Shown one piece after another: positions 40,409-50,474 of a stretch of 64,000 nt of DNA. The DNA is taken from contig OY843751.1 in NCBI GenBank assembly GCA_963693055.1, positions 5,696,001 through 5,760,000 on the forward strand, read 5' to 3'. The first letter of the stretch is position 1. Each line of letters starts with the position of its first letter. Position numbers and translations under genes: made by a program. Source of the stretch: a bacterium. Its GTDB lineage: Bacteria; Zhuqueibacterota; Zhuqueibacteria; Residuimicrobiales; Krinioviventaceae. Under the pieces are notes generated by a model, which saw nothing but the letters and a program-made list of their open reading frames with translations, was not told the origin of the DNA and searched no databases.

Positions 40409-41088
40409 CATTTAAACAGGTTGCGGCAAATACGAAATTACAATTAGAATTCGTCAATGGCCCGATAAAAATCGGATTTAACCCCAATTTGTCAATGCCT
40501 TTTTCCCTTACAATGGATGCTGGCTATATTGCGATATACGATTCCTGTTCTTATTTGTTTGAACCATCGGAATCGACTCCACTCAACCTCAAATTTGGAA
40601 TACTACGCTTAAAGCCATCGAACAACGGTGGTTCTACTGAATGCAAATGGAAAATCATGCCAGACAATCCTTTTGATCTATATCCTTATAACCGGTTATT
40701 AGCTGATTTGACCAATCAACAAATCCAACTGGACCGGAACGAGACAACCCCGTTTATCAATCCGCGAAAAAGCAAAACCAAATATATACTGCTCAATACA
40801 ATCACTCCGTTATTGGGGAATTACTATATCAACAAAAAAAATCCGCTAATTACAAAATTTAATTACAATTTGAACATTGTATTTCTATCCTTATATGAAA
40901 TCACTGCCGCGGGACTGATCACTTATGGAGTAGTAAAAGACAATGATGACAGTATCAAGTATATTAATGGTGGGCTGCTTGTAGCATGTGTCACCAGACT
41001 GTTCGGTATTCAAAAGTTCAAAAACATATCAGACTATAATACACTTGCCAACACTCCTTATAACCTCAGCCGGCTAAAATATGATTGA
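40303..41088 (+). CDS. Secreted/membrane hypothetical protein with TM2/DUF5683-like C-terminal region
   Basis: Signal peptide; RKSKTKYILLNTITPLLGNYY resembles the KS..A..LS...PG.GQ.Y pattern; two hydrophobic helices. Confidence 0.55.
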   Translation: MKYFNTTLFLLAILIHTGNCYTLETLPADSATVDSAFKQVAANTKLQLEFVNGPIKIGFNPNLSMPFSLTMDAGYIAIYDSCSYLFEPSESTPLNLKFGILRLKPSNNGGSTECKWKIMPDNPFDLYPYNRLLADLTNQQIQLDRNETTPFINPRKSKTKYILLNTITPLLGNYYINKKNPLITKFNYNLNIVFLSLYEITAAGLITYGVVKDNDDSIKYINGGLLVACVTRLFGIQKFKNISDYNTLANTPYNLSRLKYD

Positions 41089-41181
41089 TTAAAAAATTAT
41101 TTATGCGATCGCAACGGGGATGAATGAAACGATCTCTTGAGGATTTATAAACAGGGGCTTTTTTAACATGGGGCTAATACA

Positions 41182-41325
41182 ATGAAATTTTTCTACTCGC
41201 TCATACTCTTTTTAATAATGGCATCTACTACCGGTTTCGGTTATGTCCTAAAAACCATTGATGCAGATTCAGCAACAGTGGATAGTGCGTTTAAATTGGA
41301 ACGCCAGTTCATTCTCCCAACGTAA
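41182..41325 (+). pseudogene. Third, 47-aa truncated paralog of 40303-41088
   Basis: Manual translation MKFFYSLILFLIMASTTGFGYVLKTIDADSATVDSAFK|LERQFILPT* shares ADSATVDSAFK. Confidence 0.7.
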
Positions 41326-41706
41326 CAGTTGTCCTGTCACCTCTGCATTATAGAGATCCTGCCGCATGGAAAAAGCATCAAGCGATAAACCCTCCAGTTG
41401 AAATGAGCCAACCGGTAAACGCGTATTCAAATTACCATCATCATCATTGCCCTGATGGTCAAACAGATCACTGCGACCCATTTCCCATTTTAATCCGCCA
41501 GCACTGTCGGCAAAGATCATGGCGCCTACCAGTCCATTGCCAACAAAGGCCCCTTGCGACCATTTGAACGGCGCACGGTCCCACAGCAGGTCTTTTTCAG
41601 CAAGAAAAGACTGCCAGTCGACATCCGTTTTAATTTGTTTATTTATAGTTTGAGAGCACCCCGCGAAAATCACAACCAGCCACAAGAAATAGATAATATT
41701 TTTCAT
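41269..41706 (-). pseudogene. N-terminal fragment of a GH95-like glycoside hydrolase lipoprotein
   Basis: Lipobox FAGC; DLLWDRAP..WSQGAFVGNGLVG; GRSDLFDHQ; RLPVG. Only 145 aa. Confidence 0.6.
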
Positions 41707-41986
41707 CTTGAATCCTTGTATGTGATATAAAATTTTTATGTATAATTATTATATATCCATTTTCGGGAACAGATGCAATGGTAAATTTTTTAGTAACTCA
41801 GCCTCTATTCATAGTATTCAAGGTCTTTAATAAACATTTTTCTTGATAAAGTAAAAATTTTTTCTAATTTATTATATCCCTTTGGGGGAGGCACGTCGAA
41901 ATATATTTGAATGGTTACACTTTATTATTCTCTCAATCATTGCAGGGAACGGCTTCGAATACAATAATATATTTGAGGGGGACATT

Positions 41987-42796
41987 ATGAAACATATACT
42001 CATTATAATAATCCTGTTTATCTCTTCCTTTGGCTTCGCACAAGATCTGCCAATACTCAAAGACATCAAGATCACCATTGGGTACAACAACCAAAAAGGA
42101 CAGCTTGTTCATGATCAGCAATCTATTCTGCAGTGGCCGGAAAACCCTTTTTACCAAAGCAATATAAATCCTGAGCAAGAATACTCCTTTATCTATATGG
42201 CCAATCCCTGGGCGCAAATCAAGCTCTACCATTTTGGTTTGTACTTTTCTGAAAGCGGTAATCAATTGTTTGATGTTATAGGCTTTCCATCCAAATCTGA
42301 AATGTATTATTCAGACAACTCTTCTTTCAGCAAAATAGAAGGCTCCTTCCGCTGCAGACAAATATCTGCAGACTGGTACGTTATTAATCAACTGGCACTA
42401 TCAGCCTCTTATCTTGATTTGAGATACCAATCAGTTAACTGGGGAAATATCTACTATTACAGTGATCCTTTACGCCATAAAAATGATTTTTTAATAAAAA
42501 GCAAAGGTTTGGGCCTGGGTGCCAAAGCCAATTATCCCATAAACGATAAATACAAGATTACCGGTCAATTTTATTACTACCCCGAACTGGACACCAAATT
42601 TACAACCGCATATGAATATGAAAACATACGTAAATTCAAGTCCACGGCAGCTTCTGCAAACCTGGCCCTTAACAGGCAGTTATTCAGTGATCTTTGGGGC
42701 TCACTTGGTGTAGAGATGTTCAGGCATTCCGCAAAAGACTATGACATTAAAACAACACGTGCCATGATAACATTGGGGATTTATTACGAGTTCTGA
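41987..42796 (+). CDS. Outer-membrane beta-barrel protein, paralog 2
   Basis: Signal FGFAQDLPIL; beta-signal GIYYEF. Start at ATG behind GAGGGG. Confidence 0.75.
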   Translation: MKHILIIIILFISSFGFAQDLPILKDIKITIGYNNQKGQLVHDQQSILQWPENPFYQSNINPEQEYSFIYMANPWAQIKLYHFGLYFSESGNQLFDVIGFPSKSEMYYSDNSSFSKIEGSFRCRQISADWYVINQLALSASYLDLRYQSVNWGNIYYYSDPLRHKNDFLIKSKGLGLGAKANYPINDKYKITGQFYYYPELDTKFTTAYEYENIRKFKSTAASANLALNRQLFSDLWGSLGVEMFRHSAKDYDIKTTRAMITLGIYYEF

Positions 42797-42797
42797 T

Positions 42798-43607
42798 ATG
42801 AAAAATATATCTATTTTAATATTACTATTGATTCACTCTTTTGGCTTCGCACAAGATCTGCCAATACTCAAAGACATCAAGATCACCATTGGGTACAACA
42901 ATCAAAAAGGGCAGCTTGTTCATGATCAGCAATCTATTCTGAAATGGCCGGAAAATCCATTTTACCAAAGCAATGTAAACCCAAATCAGGAATTTTCGTT
43001 TATCTATATGGCCAATCCCTGGGTTCAAATCAGGCTTTATCAGATAGCATTTAACTTTTCCGAAACTGGTAATGAATTATTTGATTTGATGGGTGCGGCT
43101 GTTAAATCCGAAATGTACTATAATGACAATACCACTTTTACAAAAATTGAGGGTTTATTTCGCTGCAGACACATATCAATAGACTGGTATATTATTGACC
43201 GACTTGCTCTCTCTGTCTCGCATTTGGATGTAAAATACCGATCAGAAAAAGCGGGTAATATTTCATATATCAGCGATCCACTACGACGGGAAAACGATTT
43301 TTTAATGAAAAGCAAAGGACTGGGACTGGGCGTCAAAGCCAATTACCCAATAAACAACAAATACAAGATTACCGGTCAATTTTATTACTACCCCGAACTG
43401 GATACCAAATTTACAACCGCATATGAATATGAAAACATGCGCAAATTCAAGTCCACGTCTGTCTCAGCAAACCTTGCCCTTAACAGGCAGTTGATCAGTG
43501 ATCTTTGGGGCTCACTGGGTGTAGAAATGTTCACGCATTCCGCAAAAGATTATGACATTAAAACAACACGTGCCATGTTAACATTGGGGATTTATTACGA
43601 GTTCTGA
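42798..43607 (+). CDS. Outer-membrane beta-barrel protein, paralog 3 (tandem duplicate)
   Basis: Highly similar to 41987-42796 at protein and DNA level. Confidence 0.75.
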   Translation: MKNISILILLLIHSFGFAQDLPILKDIKITIGYNNQKGQLVHDQQSILKWPENPFYQSNVNPNQEFSFIYMANPWVQIRLYQIAFNFSETGNELFDLMGAAVKSEMYYNDNTTFTKIEGLFRCRHISIDWYIIDRLALSVSHLDVKYRSEKAGNISYISDPLRRENDFLMKSKGLGLGVKANYPINNKYKITGQFYYYPELDTKFTTAYEYENMRKFKSTSVSANLALNRQLISDLWGSLGVEMFTHSAKDYDIKTTRAMLTLGIYYEF

Positions 43608-43608
43608 T

Positions 43609-45786
43609 ATGAAAAATACAATCACGCTTTTTCTCTTGCTTGCGGTTACCACTCTTTTTCCGCAAGCAGACAAGACCTATTTATACGGCACATTAACAGA
43701 TGAAAATGACCGCCCGCTTGAAGGTGCCCATGTCATTATAGAAAGCACTGTACTGGGCACCAGTACCAATGCGCTGGGTAAATACAAGATCAAACTGCAG
43801 CCAGGTCAATATACGGTCAAATATTCCTATGTGGGATACAAAATAATTGAAAAAACTGTTCAAATCAAACCAGAGCACAATACGGAGTGCAGCATCAACC
43901 TTTTTCCTGATCCCATCATGTTTAAAGGAGTAATGATTGAAACAGACCGTTATAAATCAATGGGTACAAGCCGCTCCTTTGTCATAGAACCACACCTGAG
44001 TAAAAACATCCCCGCCCTGGGTGAACCAGACATCCTGCACGCTGTTAATTTTTTACCGGGTGTAATCAACAGCAACGACTTTCGCGGCGAGTTCCACAGT
44101 AAAGGCGGTGGGACTGATCAGAACACTATACTTTTAGACGGTGTTGAAATTTACAATGCCTATCATCTCTATGGTCTAGCCGGCATATTCAATATCGACG
44201 CGCTGGAAAGTGCCGAGGTGTTTCTGGGAAATTATCCGGCAAAATATGACGGTCGTGTCAGCAGTGTGATTGATATCAAAACCGCTCTACCCAAAGAAAA
44301 ACTGGCCGTTAACGTCAGCCTGCTTTCTTCAAGTATTGTTTACAACAAGCCATTCAAATCTTCATCACTTTTGTTTGCCGCCAGAAAAACCTATTTTGAT
44401 CTTGTTACGCCAATACATTATTCCTTTTACGATATCAACACTAAATACCGCTATCAAAAAAACGCGTTTACAATCACTCCGTTTGTATTCCTGAACCGCG
44501 ACAAGGCCTCGGAAGACTCCAACAATGGCGAAAAACTAATTTGGGGCAATACCGCAGCAGGTATCAATTCCACATGGCAGCATGCAAACAACCGGATCGA
44601 TTTTTCACTCGCAAACAGCCGTAGCACAACCCGTTTCAATTCGCTGGACAACAAGAGCAATGAAAATAGTATCAAGCTCGATTATTCAGGTCAATACAAA
44701 CACAATCGGTTACAATTGGGATACAAATTAAAAGATGTGGATTTTGATTATTTCTGGAACGAACCAACAACATCTGATCTGGAAGATTTTTTGACCGAGT
44801 CTATTCCCAACCGTTTTGAGGATTCATTTAATTTAAAGGTACAGGGTCTTTACGCCAATCACATCCTCACACTCTATCATAATATTGAAATAGAAACCGG
44901 TTTACGTTCTGAAAAATACCTGGACAATTATTATCAAATGCCCAGAGGTGGAGTTACACTCAACCTGCCAATGCGGCTGCGGTTGTCCCTCAATTCCGGA
45001 CGCTATTATCAATATTATGGTTTTGGCGAAGAAGCCAGAAAATTGAGCGTATCTAACCTCTTGTTTTTGACCGACTCCCCGGTAAAAAGCGACAATCACA
45101 GTATTGGCTTGAAAGGATATTTAAAACAAAATATTTCCTTTGAACTTGAAGTTTATAAACGCAAAATAGAAAACCTGTCAAGATACACAGACATCTTTCC
45201 CGAGTTTGAATACGGTGACGGTAACATTTCGGGATTCAACATTATTCTCAACAAATCCGAAGGAGCTTTTACCTATCAACTGGATTATAACTATCTCGAT
45301 ACCGAAGCAACGTTTGGACAGCAAACCTTTCCCCTGCAATGGGAGGCGAAACATGCCTTTCACGGTTTTACTGGCCTCCAGATCAAAAAAGGCTGGTTTC
45401 TGAACCTGTTGTTCACCTATCGCTCGGGAGTTCTTTTCACACCCATTAGAGGCGCTTTTGGTAAAATAAATCCGTTTGATAATAATATCGACATTCAATA
45501 TCGTAACGCTGAAATGTTTTATCTGGAAGGCAAGACCAACAGCGAACGCCTGCCGGCGTATTCTCGCCTTGATGTTAGCATTCGTAAAAAAATGGTGCGT
45601 ACAAAATACAGCTATACTGTCTATTTCCAGATCATAAACCTGCTGAACCGGCAAAATCATCTATATTATGATTGGGACAAATATTATTCCGGCTATGGTT
45701 ACGATGATGAGGGTAACAAAACCCATGTTGGTAATGAAAACTCTTTGCCCATTGTTCCATCAATTGGAGTCTATTATGAATTTTAA
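43609..45786 (+). CDS. TonB-dependent receptor with carboxypeptidase regulatory-like N-domain
   Basis: G.LTDENDRPLEGA..GTSTN..G.Y; plug GEPDIL..LPGV...GG.TDQN; RLPAYSRLD; C-terminal YYEF. Confidence 0.9.
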   Translation: MKNTITLFLLLAVTTLFPQADKTYLYGTLTDENDRPLEGAHVIIESTVLGTSTNALGKYKIKLQPGQYTVKYSYVGYKIIEKTVQIKPEHNTECSINLFPDPIMFKGVMIETDRYKSMGTSRSFVIEPHLSKNIPALGEPDILHAVNFLPGVINSNDFRGEFHSKGGGTDQNTILLDGVEIYNAYHLYGLAGIFNIDALESAEVFLGNYPAKYDGRVSSVIDIKTALPKEKLAVNVSLLSSSIVYNKPFKSSSLLFAARKTYFDLVTPIHYSFYDINTKYRYQKNAFTITPFVFLNRDKASEDSNNGEKLIWGNTAAGINSTWQHANNRIDFSLANSRSTTRFNSLDNKSNENSIKLDYSGQYKHNRLQLGYKLKDVDFDYFWNEPTTSDLEDFLTESIPNRFEDSFNLKVQGLYANHILTLYHNIEIETGLRSEKYLDNYYQMPRGGVTLNLPMRLRLSLNSGRYYQYYGFGEEARKLSVSNLLFLTDSPVKSDNHSIGLKGYLKQNISFELEVYKRKIENLSRYTDIFPEFEYGDGNISGFNIILNKSEGAFTYQLDYNYLDTEATFGQQTFPLQWEAKHAFHGFTGLQIKKGWFLNLLFTYRSGVLFTPIRGAFGKINPFDNNIDIQYRNAEMFYLEGKTNSERLPAYSRLDVSIRKKMVRTKYSYTVYFQIINLLNRQNHLYYDWDKYYSGYGYDDEGNKTHVGNENSLPIVPSIGVYYEF

Positions 45787-46501
45787 ATATATCGTGTGCC
45801 TTTTCATCCTTACACTACTTTCTTTCTTTTCATGCGGTAATGACTTTAGCATTTCCTCCAATACAACAAATAAAAAGGAAATCGTAATACAAGCCATTTT
45901 AAAAACCTCATCGGACCGACAAGCTATTCAAATAGTAAAAACTCATCCCGTCAAGGGGGATTCTATTGATTATAATTATCATAATGCTGTTTCCGGTGCA
46001 GAGGTTTATGTAAACAATGTTCGTTTTAAAGAACGAAACCCAAAAGATACAACTATAAGCAGCTATACAAATTATTATAGCGATTCTTTGACTGTTACTC
46101 CCAATACATTTTATAAACTATTGGTAATCATCGAAAAGGATACGATCAGGGGTGAAACCTTAACGCCGGACACAACAACCATCCAATATAGTAACAAAAC
46201 GTTTTACTGGTCCGCTCCTGAGCATGCGGAATATTATCAATGCCGTTATGAATGGAACTATGAAGAATATACTGATTGGGATACGGAATTAACTTCTGAC
46301 ACCAAAATATCTATCGACACTACAATACCCACCTTGAAATGGGGTGATTTTAATGTCATTCTATATGCCTATGACAAGAATTCTAGTCTGTACAGCAAAA
46401 AAACAATCTATAAATCTGGTTTGACTGGTAATGCATTTGGCCTGTTCGGATCTGTAACACAAATGGAATCCCAATTTTACATTCCATCGCCGGCAGATTA
46501 A
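45776..46501 (+). CDS. DUF4249-like lipoprotein partner of the TonB receptor
   Basis: Lipobox FFSC; IVIQAIL; VSGAEV; C-terminal GNAFGLFGS. Overlaps the receptor stop. Confidence 0.7.
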   Translation: MNFKYIVCLFILTLLSFFSCGNDFSISSNTTNKKEIVIQAILKTSSDRQAIQIVKTHPVKGDSIDYNYHNAVSGAEVYVNNVRFKERNPKDTTISSYTNYYSDSLTVTPNTFYKLLVIIEKDTIRGETLTPDTTTIQYSNKTFYWSAPEHAEYYQCRYEWNYEEYTDWDTELTSDTKISIDTTIPTLKWGDFNVILYAYDKNSSLYSKKTIYKSGLTGNAFGLFGSVTQMESQFYIPSPAD

Positions 46502-46632
46502 GCGGGCATTCATCCAACAGAGCTATATTTCATCTTTTCCCAATTCCCAACAAAATCCATTGACCGGAAAGTTTTTTCGTTGTATCTTTAGTAAATTCAT
46601 TAAAACCGAAATCAGGCAGGCGGAGCGAACGG

Positions 46633-47847
46633 ATGGCAAACCCGGATCATCTTAAAATATTGCGTCAAGGTGTCAAAGAGTGGAACGAGTGGCGGAAAAC
46701 CAATCCCTTGGTTAAACCCGATCTGAGCGGAGCCAAACTTAAAGGCGCCAAATTGTGGGGCATTAACCTGCACCATGCGGATTTGCGCGGCGCCAACCTC
46801 AAAAGCACAGCCCTGTTGAAATCCAACTTGATTGAAGCCGACTTGCGGGACAGCATCATGGAAGACACCCGCCTGATGATTGCAGAAATGTGGGGCGTCA
46901 ACCTGCGCGGCGCCAATTTAAAGGGTGCCGATATGCGCATGGCCGAGATTGGCGATGCCAACCTCATAGGCTGTATCCTTAAAAATGCCAACCTGGGCAG
47001 AGCCAACCTGATGGCATCTGACCTTACAGATGCTAATCTGGAAAACACTATTCTTATTGAAACCAACCTTAATGATACCATACTCGACAATACCAATCTG
47101 ACCGGCATGACCTTTTATCGCTGTACCAGTTACGGCTGGAAGCTCAGCAATATATCTTGCGATTACATGTTTACAGACGTGGCCCGCAAGAGCCGTTACC
47201 CGAAAAACGGAAACTTTAATCCCGGTGAATTTGAAGAGATCTATAAATCCAAACCCACCATCGAGTTTACGTTTGAGCATCCCATTACCTGGGTAGATTC
47301 TCTCATTCTGGAAGTCATTCTCTCTGAACTGGAAATTGAAAAACCCGAATTGGGCATCAAGCTGATCAGCTATGACAGCCGCGGCGGCCAGTCCCGCGCA
47401 ATACTTACCATTCCCTCACTTTCCATGGAAGAGGAAGCACAGGCAATCTTGCGAGACAGGTACGATATTAAAGCCCAACTGGTCGAGTCCCGAATGGACT
47501 ATATGCTGCAGTTTATTGTTCAGGCAACTCGTGAACCGGGTGAAGAAAAACTCCTTGAAAGCGAAATTGAAAAGCTGCGGGATATTCACAATCACAATAT
47601 CAGCATTTGTACCAATGCCATTCGCGAGATCCAGAATGTTGTGCAAAAACAACCGGATGAGATCCTCTCGCATCAAAAACGTAACTATATCCTGGCCGAA
47701 CTGGACCACTATCTGAGACTGCTGGAAATGGACGGACCCAAAGTAACGGGTGAAAAGATCATGACTCTGGCACAAATAGAAATGGTACCTATTTTACCAA
47801 GAATTATCACCCAGCTTGCTGTATTGACTATCAGTAAACAGGACTGA
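46633..47847 (+). CDS. Pentapeptide-repeat protein with helical C-terminal domain
   Basis: MANPDHLKILRQGVKEWNEWR followed by A(N/D)LxG repeats. Confidence 0.88.
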   Translation: MANPDHLKILRQGVKEWNEWRKTNPLVKPDLSGAKLKGAKLWGINLHHADLRGANLKSTALLKSNLIEADLRDSIMEDTRLMIAEMWGVNLRGANLKGADMRMAEIGDANLIGCILKNANLGRANLMASDLTDANLENTILIETNLNDTILDNTNLTGMTFYRCTSYGWKLSNISCDYMFTDVARKSRYPKNGNFNPGEFEEIYKSKPTIEFTFEHPITWVDSLILEVILSELEIEKPELGIKLISYDSRGGQSRAILTIPSLSMEEEAQAILRDRYDIKAQLVESRMDYMLQFIVQATREPGEEKLLESEIEKLRDIHNHNISICTNAIREIQNVVQKQPDEILSHQKRNYILAELDHYLRLLEMDGPKVTGEKIMTLAQIEMVPILPRIITQLAVLTISKQD

Positions 47848-47902
47848 TTCCATTGCAGTAACGGAACCCATTCCTGTTTTGTACTCTAAACAGGAGTTTT
47901 GC

Positions 47903-48521
47903 ATGATACAAATGAACAACTGTATTCAGTGCTCAGGTTTACCCTGCCAGGACGTACAAACCGGCTCGAACTTTATCCCCAACACACCCATTAATCCGGA
48001 AACCATCCATTCATTCATGATCACCGAAGCGCCGACGGAAGATTTGAACGAGCATCTGTATGCATCTGGAAACCCTTTTTTCCTGCAAACCACTTTACAG
48101 GCTTTTGCCGATGCAGGATTTAAAGCCACAAGCTTGCAAGAGATAATAGATAAAGGCTTTTATATCACCACGGCTATCAAATGTGCCAAGACCGGGTATG
48201 ACGTAACTGCAGATACTATTAAAAACTGTTCAAAACTTTTGCAGCAGGAAATGGACCGACCTGTTTCCCAAAATTCAAAATCACTTTTTAGGCGGAGATG
48301 TTGCAATCAAAATGTTTAACCGGATATGCAAAAGTAACTCTGGGAAACGGGTTATTCCATCAGGATCAACATACAAAATACGCCATAATTCTTTTTACTA
48401 TAAAGAAGCTAAAGTATTCCCGTCTTATGTGATGACAGGTAAAAATTTTCTAATTGAAAAAAGCAACCGCAGAATGGTTGCAGAGGATCTGCAAAAAATC
48501 CAGGTAAAACTCGACAATTAA
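47903..48521 (+). pseudogene. Uracil-DNA glycosylase-superfamily gene, frameshifted
   Basis: MITEAP, TTAIKCAK and NCS..L..E. A 4-bp duplication GACCGACC at 48254-48261 splits the ORF; removing it joins EMDLFPKI..LGGDVA..FPSY. Confidence 0.75.
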
Positions 48522-48608
48522 TTATCATTCTGCATTTGGGAGGTCTATTGTGTATATAATAGTACTGAGTGTTGTATAATATATGTAAAACAAACTCTGG
48601 GGAAAATT

Positions 48609-50084
48609 ATGAAATATTTAAATGCAGTAATTCTTCTGGTGAACATACTAGTACTCTGCACTGGCAGTAATTTGTTTGCACAAACCACAGACGACCTGAT
48701 TTTCATCCACCACTCTTGCGGGGCCAACTGGCTCTCTAACAGTTTAAATGCCGCACTACTTGCCAAAGACTATATAAACGAACGCAATGATATTACATAT
48801 GGATCTGTATTGAGCCCCGATACAGATCGTTTGGCATCCCTGGCCCCAACTCCGGGAGACAAAACAGACATGAACCACTGGATTCTCTGGTTCAATGACT
48901 ATCTGGAAAGAGTTAAAACCTGGGACTGCTCGGATGGAGAAAACAAGATCATCATGTTTAAAAGCTGCTATCCTATCAGTAATATCTATTCGGATGGTAC
49001 AGAACCCGGCGATCCGTTCAGTGCAATTCGTAACGTGGTCAATTACAAGGCAGTATATCGCCATCCTGCCGGGACGGGTAACACCTATACCCATAACGAA
49101 AAGACCTATTATCCGCTCGAAGACATTTTCGCGGCCAATCCCAACACCTTGTTCATCGCAGTAACAGCGCCTCCCCGAAACTATGGCCCTACAGATGCCA
49201 CTGACGATGCCCAGGCACAACGGGCCAGAGATTTTAACACCTGGCTCAAAACAGATTGGCTGGACAGTTACAACACTGCGAATCCCGGTTTGAACAATGT
49301 AGCGGTTTTTGACTGGTTCAACATCCTTGCTAATCCTGACGATCATGCCGATCATCCCAACCGGTTAAGAGAAGAGTATGGCGGCAATGACGGAGACTCT
49401 CATCCCAACAGCGCAGCAAACGCATACAGTACCATGCAGTTTGCCAGTAATGAAACCAATTTTATTGATACCGCCTGGGACCTGTTCAACAGCACAGTAC
49501 CGGTTGAATTATCTTCGTTTTATGCGGAAACCGGTGCTCAAGGTGTCACATTATTCTGGTCTACTGCCAGTGAGCAATTAAATGTGGGCTGGAACATTTA
49601 TCGAGCAGATGCGGATAACATGTGGCAAAAAATCAACAATTCTATTATACCGGGTTATGGTACCAGCGCATTTGAGCATAGTTATGAGTATATTGATCCA
49701 ACTCAACTCGTTAACGGACAAACCTACACCTATTTGCTTGAAAGTTTAGATGCAGCGGGAAATAAAGAACAACATCCCGCTATATCCGTAACTGCGACAA
49801 GCGGCTCTACAACACTACCGGGAACATTTGCGCTAAACGCCAATTATCCCAATCCATTTAACAGCCGAACAGTTATTCCGTATACACTTCCGGAACGTTC
49901 ACATGTGACGTTGAACATTTATGACGTACGCGGAAAGCTTGTTCAGACCCTGGTTAACAATGAACAATCCGCAGGGGAATACCATGCTGTCTGGAATGCG
50001 GACGGGCTCAGCTCTGGTACTTATTTTTGTCGTCTGAAAACCCCGGAATTTAACCAGACCATCAAACTGTTATATATTAAATAA
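48609..50084 (+). CDS. Secreted SGNH-like hydrolase-domain protein with T9SS-type C-terminal tail
   Basis: FIHHSCGANW, IMFKSCYP, VFDWF, GDSHPN; VPVELSSF; YPNPFN. Confidence 0.65.
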   Translation: MKYLNAVILLVNILVLCTGSNLFAQTTDDLIFIHHSCGANWLSNSLNAALLAKDYINERNDITYGSVLSPDTDRLASLAPTPGDKTDMNHWILWFNDYLERVKTWDCSDGENKIIMFKSCYPISNIYSDGTEPGDPFSAIRNVVNYKAVYRHPAGTGNTYTHNEKTYYPLEDIFAANPNTLFIAVTAPPRNYGPTDATDDAQAQRARDFNTWLKTDWLDSYNTANPGLNNVAVFDWFNILANPDDHADHPNRLREEYGGNDGDSHPNSAANAYSTMQFASNETNFIDTAWDLFNSTVPVELSSFYAETGAQGVTLFWSTASEQLNVGWNIYRADADNMWQKINNSIIPGYGTSAFEHSYEYIDPTQLVNGQTYTYLLESLDAAGNKEQHPAISVTATSGSTTLPGTFALNANYPNPFNSRTVIPYTLPERSHVTLNIYDVRGKLVQTLVNNEQSAGEYHAVWNADGLSSGTYFCRLKTPEFNQTIKLLYIK

Positions 50085-50116
50085 CAGACGATAAAAAATA
50101 GCAGGAACTCCCCCGC

Positions 50117-50446
50117 ATGGCTTACAACCAGGAACTGGCAGAACGTATACGCCCGTTATTAGCGGAAATGACCGAATTTGATGAAAAGAAAATGTTTGGC
50201 GGCGTGGGATACATGGTCAAAGGGAATATGTGCTGCGGAATCTATAAAGATTCATTAATTTTAAGACTTTCCATTGAAATGGCAGAACAGGCGCTTCAAC
50301 TGGAACATTGCCGGGTATTTGACATAACAGGCAGACCCATGAAAGGCTGGGTCATGGTAGCCCCTGAGGCCTGGGGGGATGATTTGTTTTTAAAAACATG
50401 GCTAAAAAACTGTTACAATTACTGTATCTCGCTGCCCCCAAAATAA
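50117..50446 (+). CDS. TfoX/Sxy N-terminal domain protein
   Basis: MAYNQELAERIR, EKKMFGG and GRPMKGWV. Confidence 0.88.
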   Translation: MAYNQELAERIRPLLAEMTEFDEKKMFGGVGYMVKGNMCCGIYKDSLILRLSIEMAEQALQLEHCRVFDITGRPMKGWVMVAPEAWGDDLFLKTWLKNCYNYCISLPPK

Positions 50447-50474
50447 AACCTTTAGAAATCCGGGACTGATTATT

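Noticed and set aside
41877-41986. Riboswitch in the leader of the barrel/TonB operon
   Set aside because: Only a small hairpin (TCCCTTTGGGGGA); no recognisable cobalamin, TPP or c-di-GMP consensus. An Rfam scan would settle it.
37839-43607. Diversity-generating retroelement or invertase shufflon
   Set aside because: No reverse transcriptase or recombinase in the window; differences between repeats are not clearly adenine-specific; the repeats are direct.
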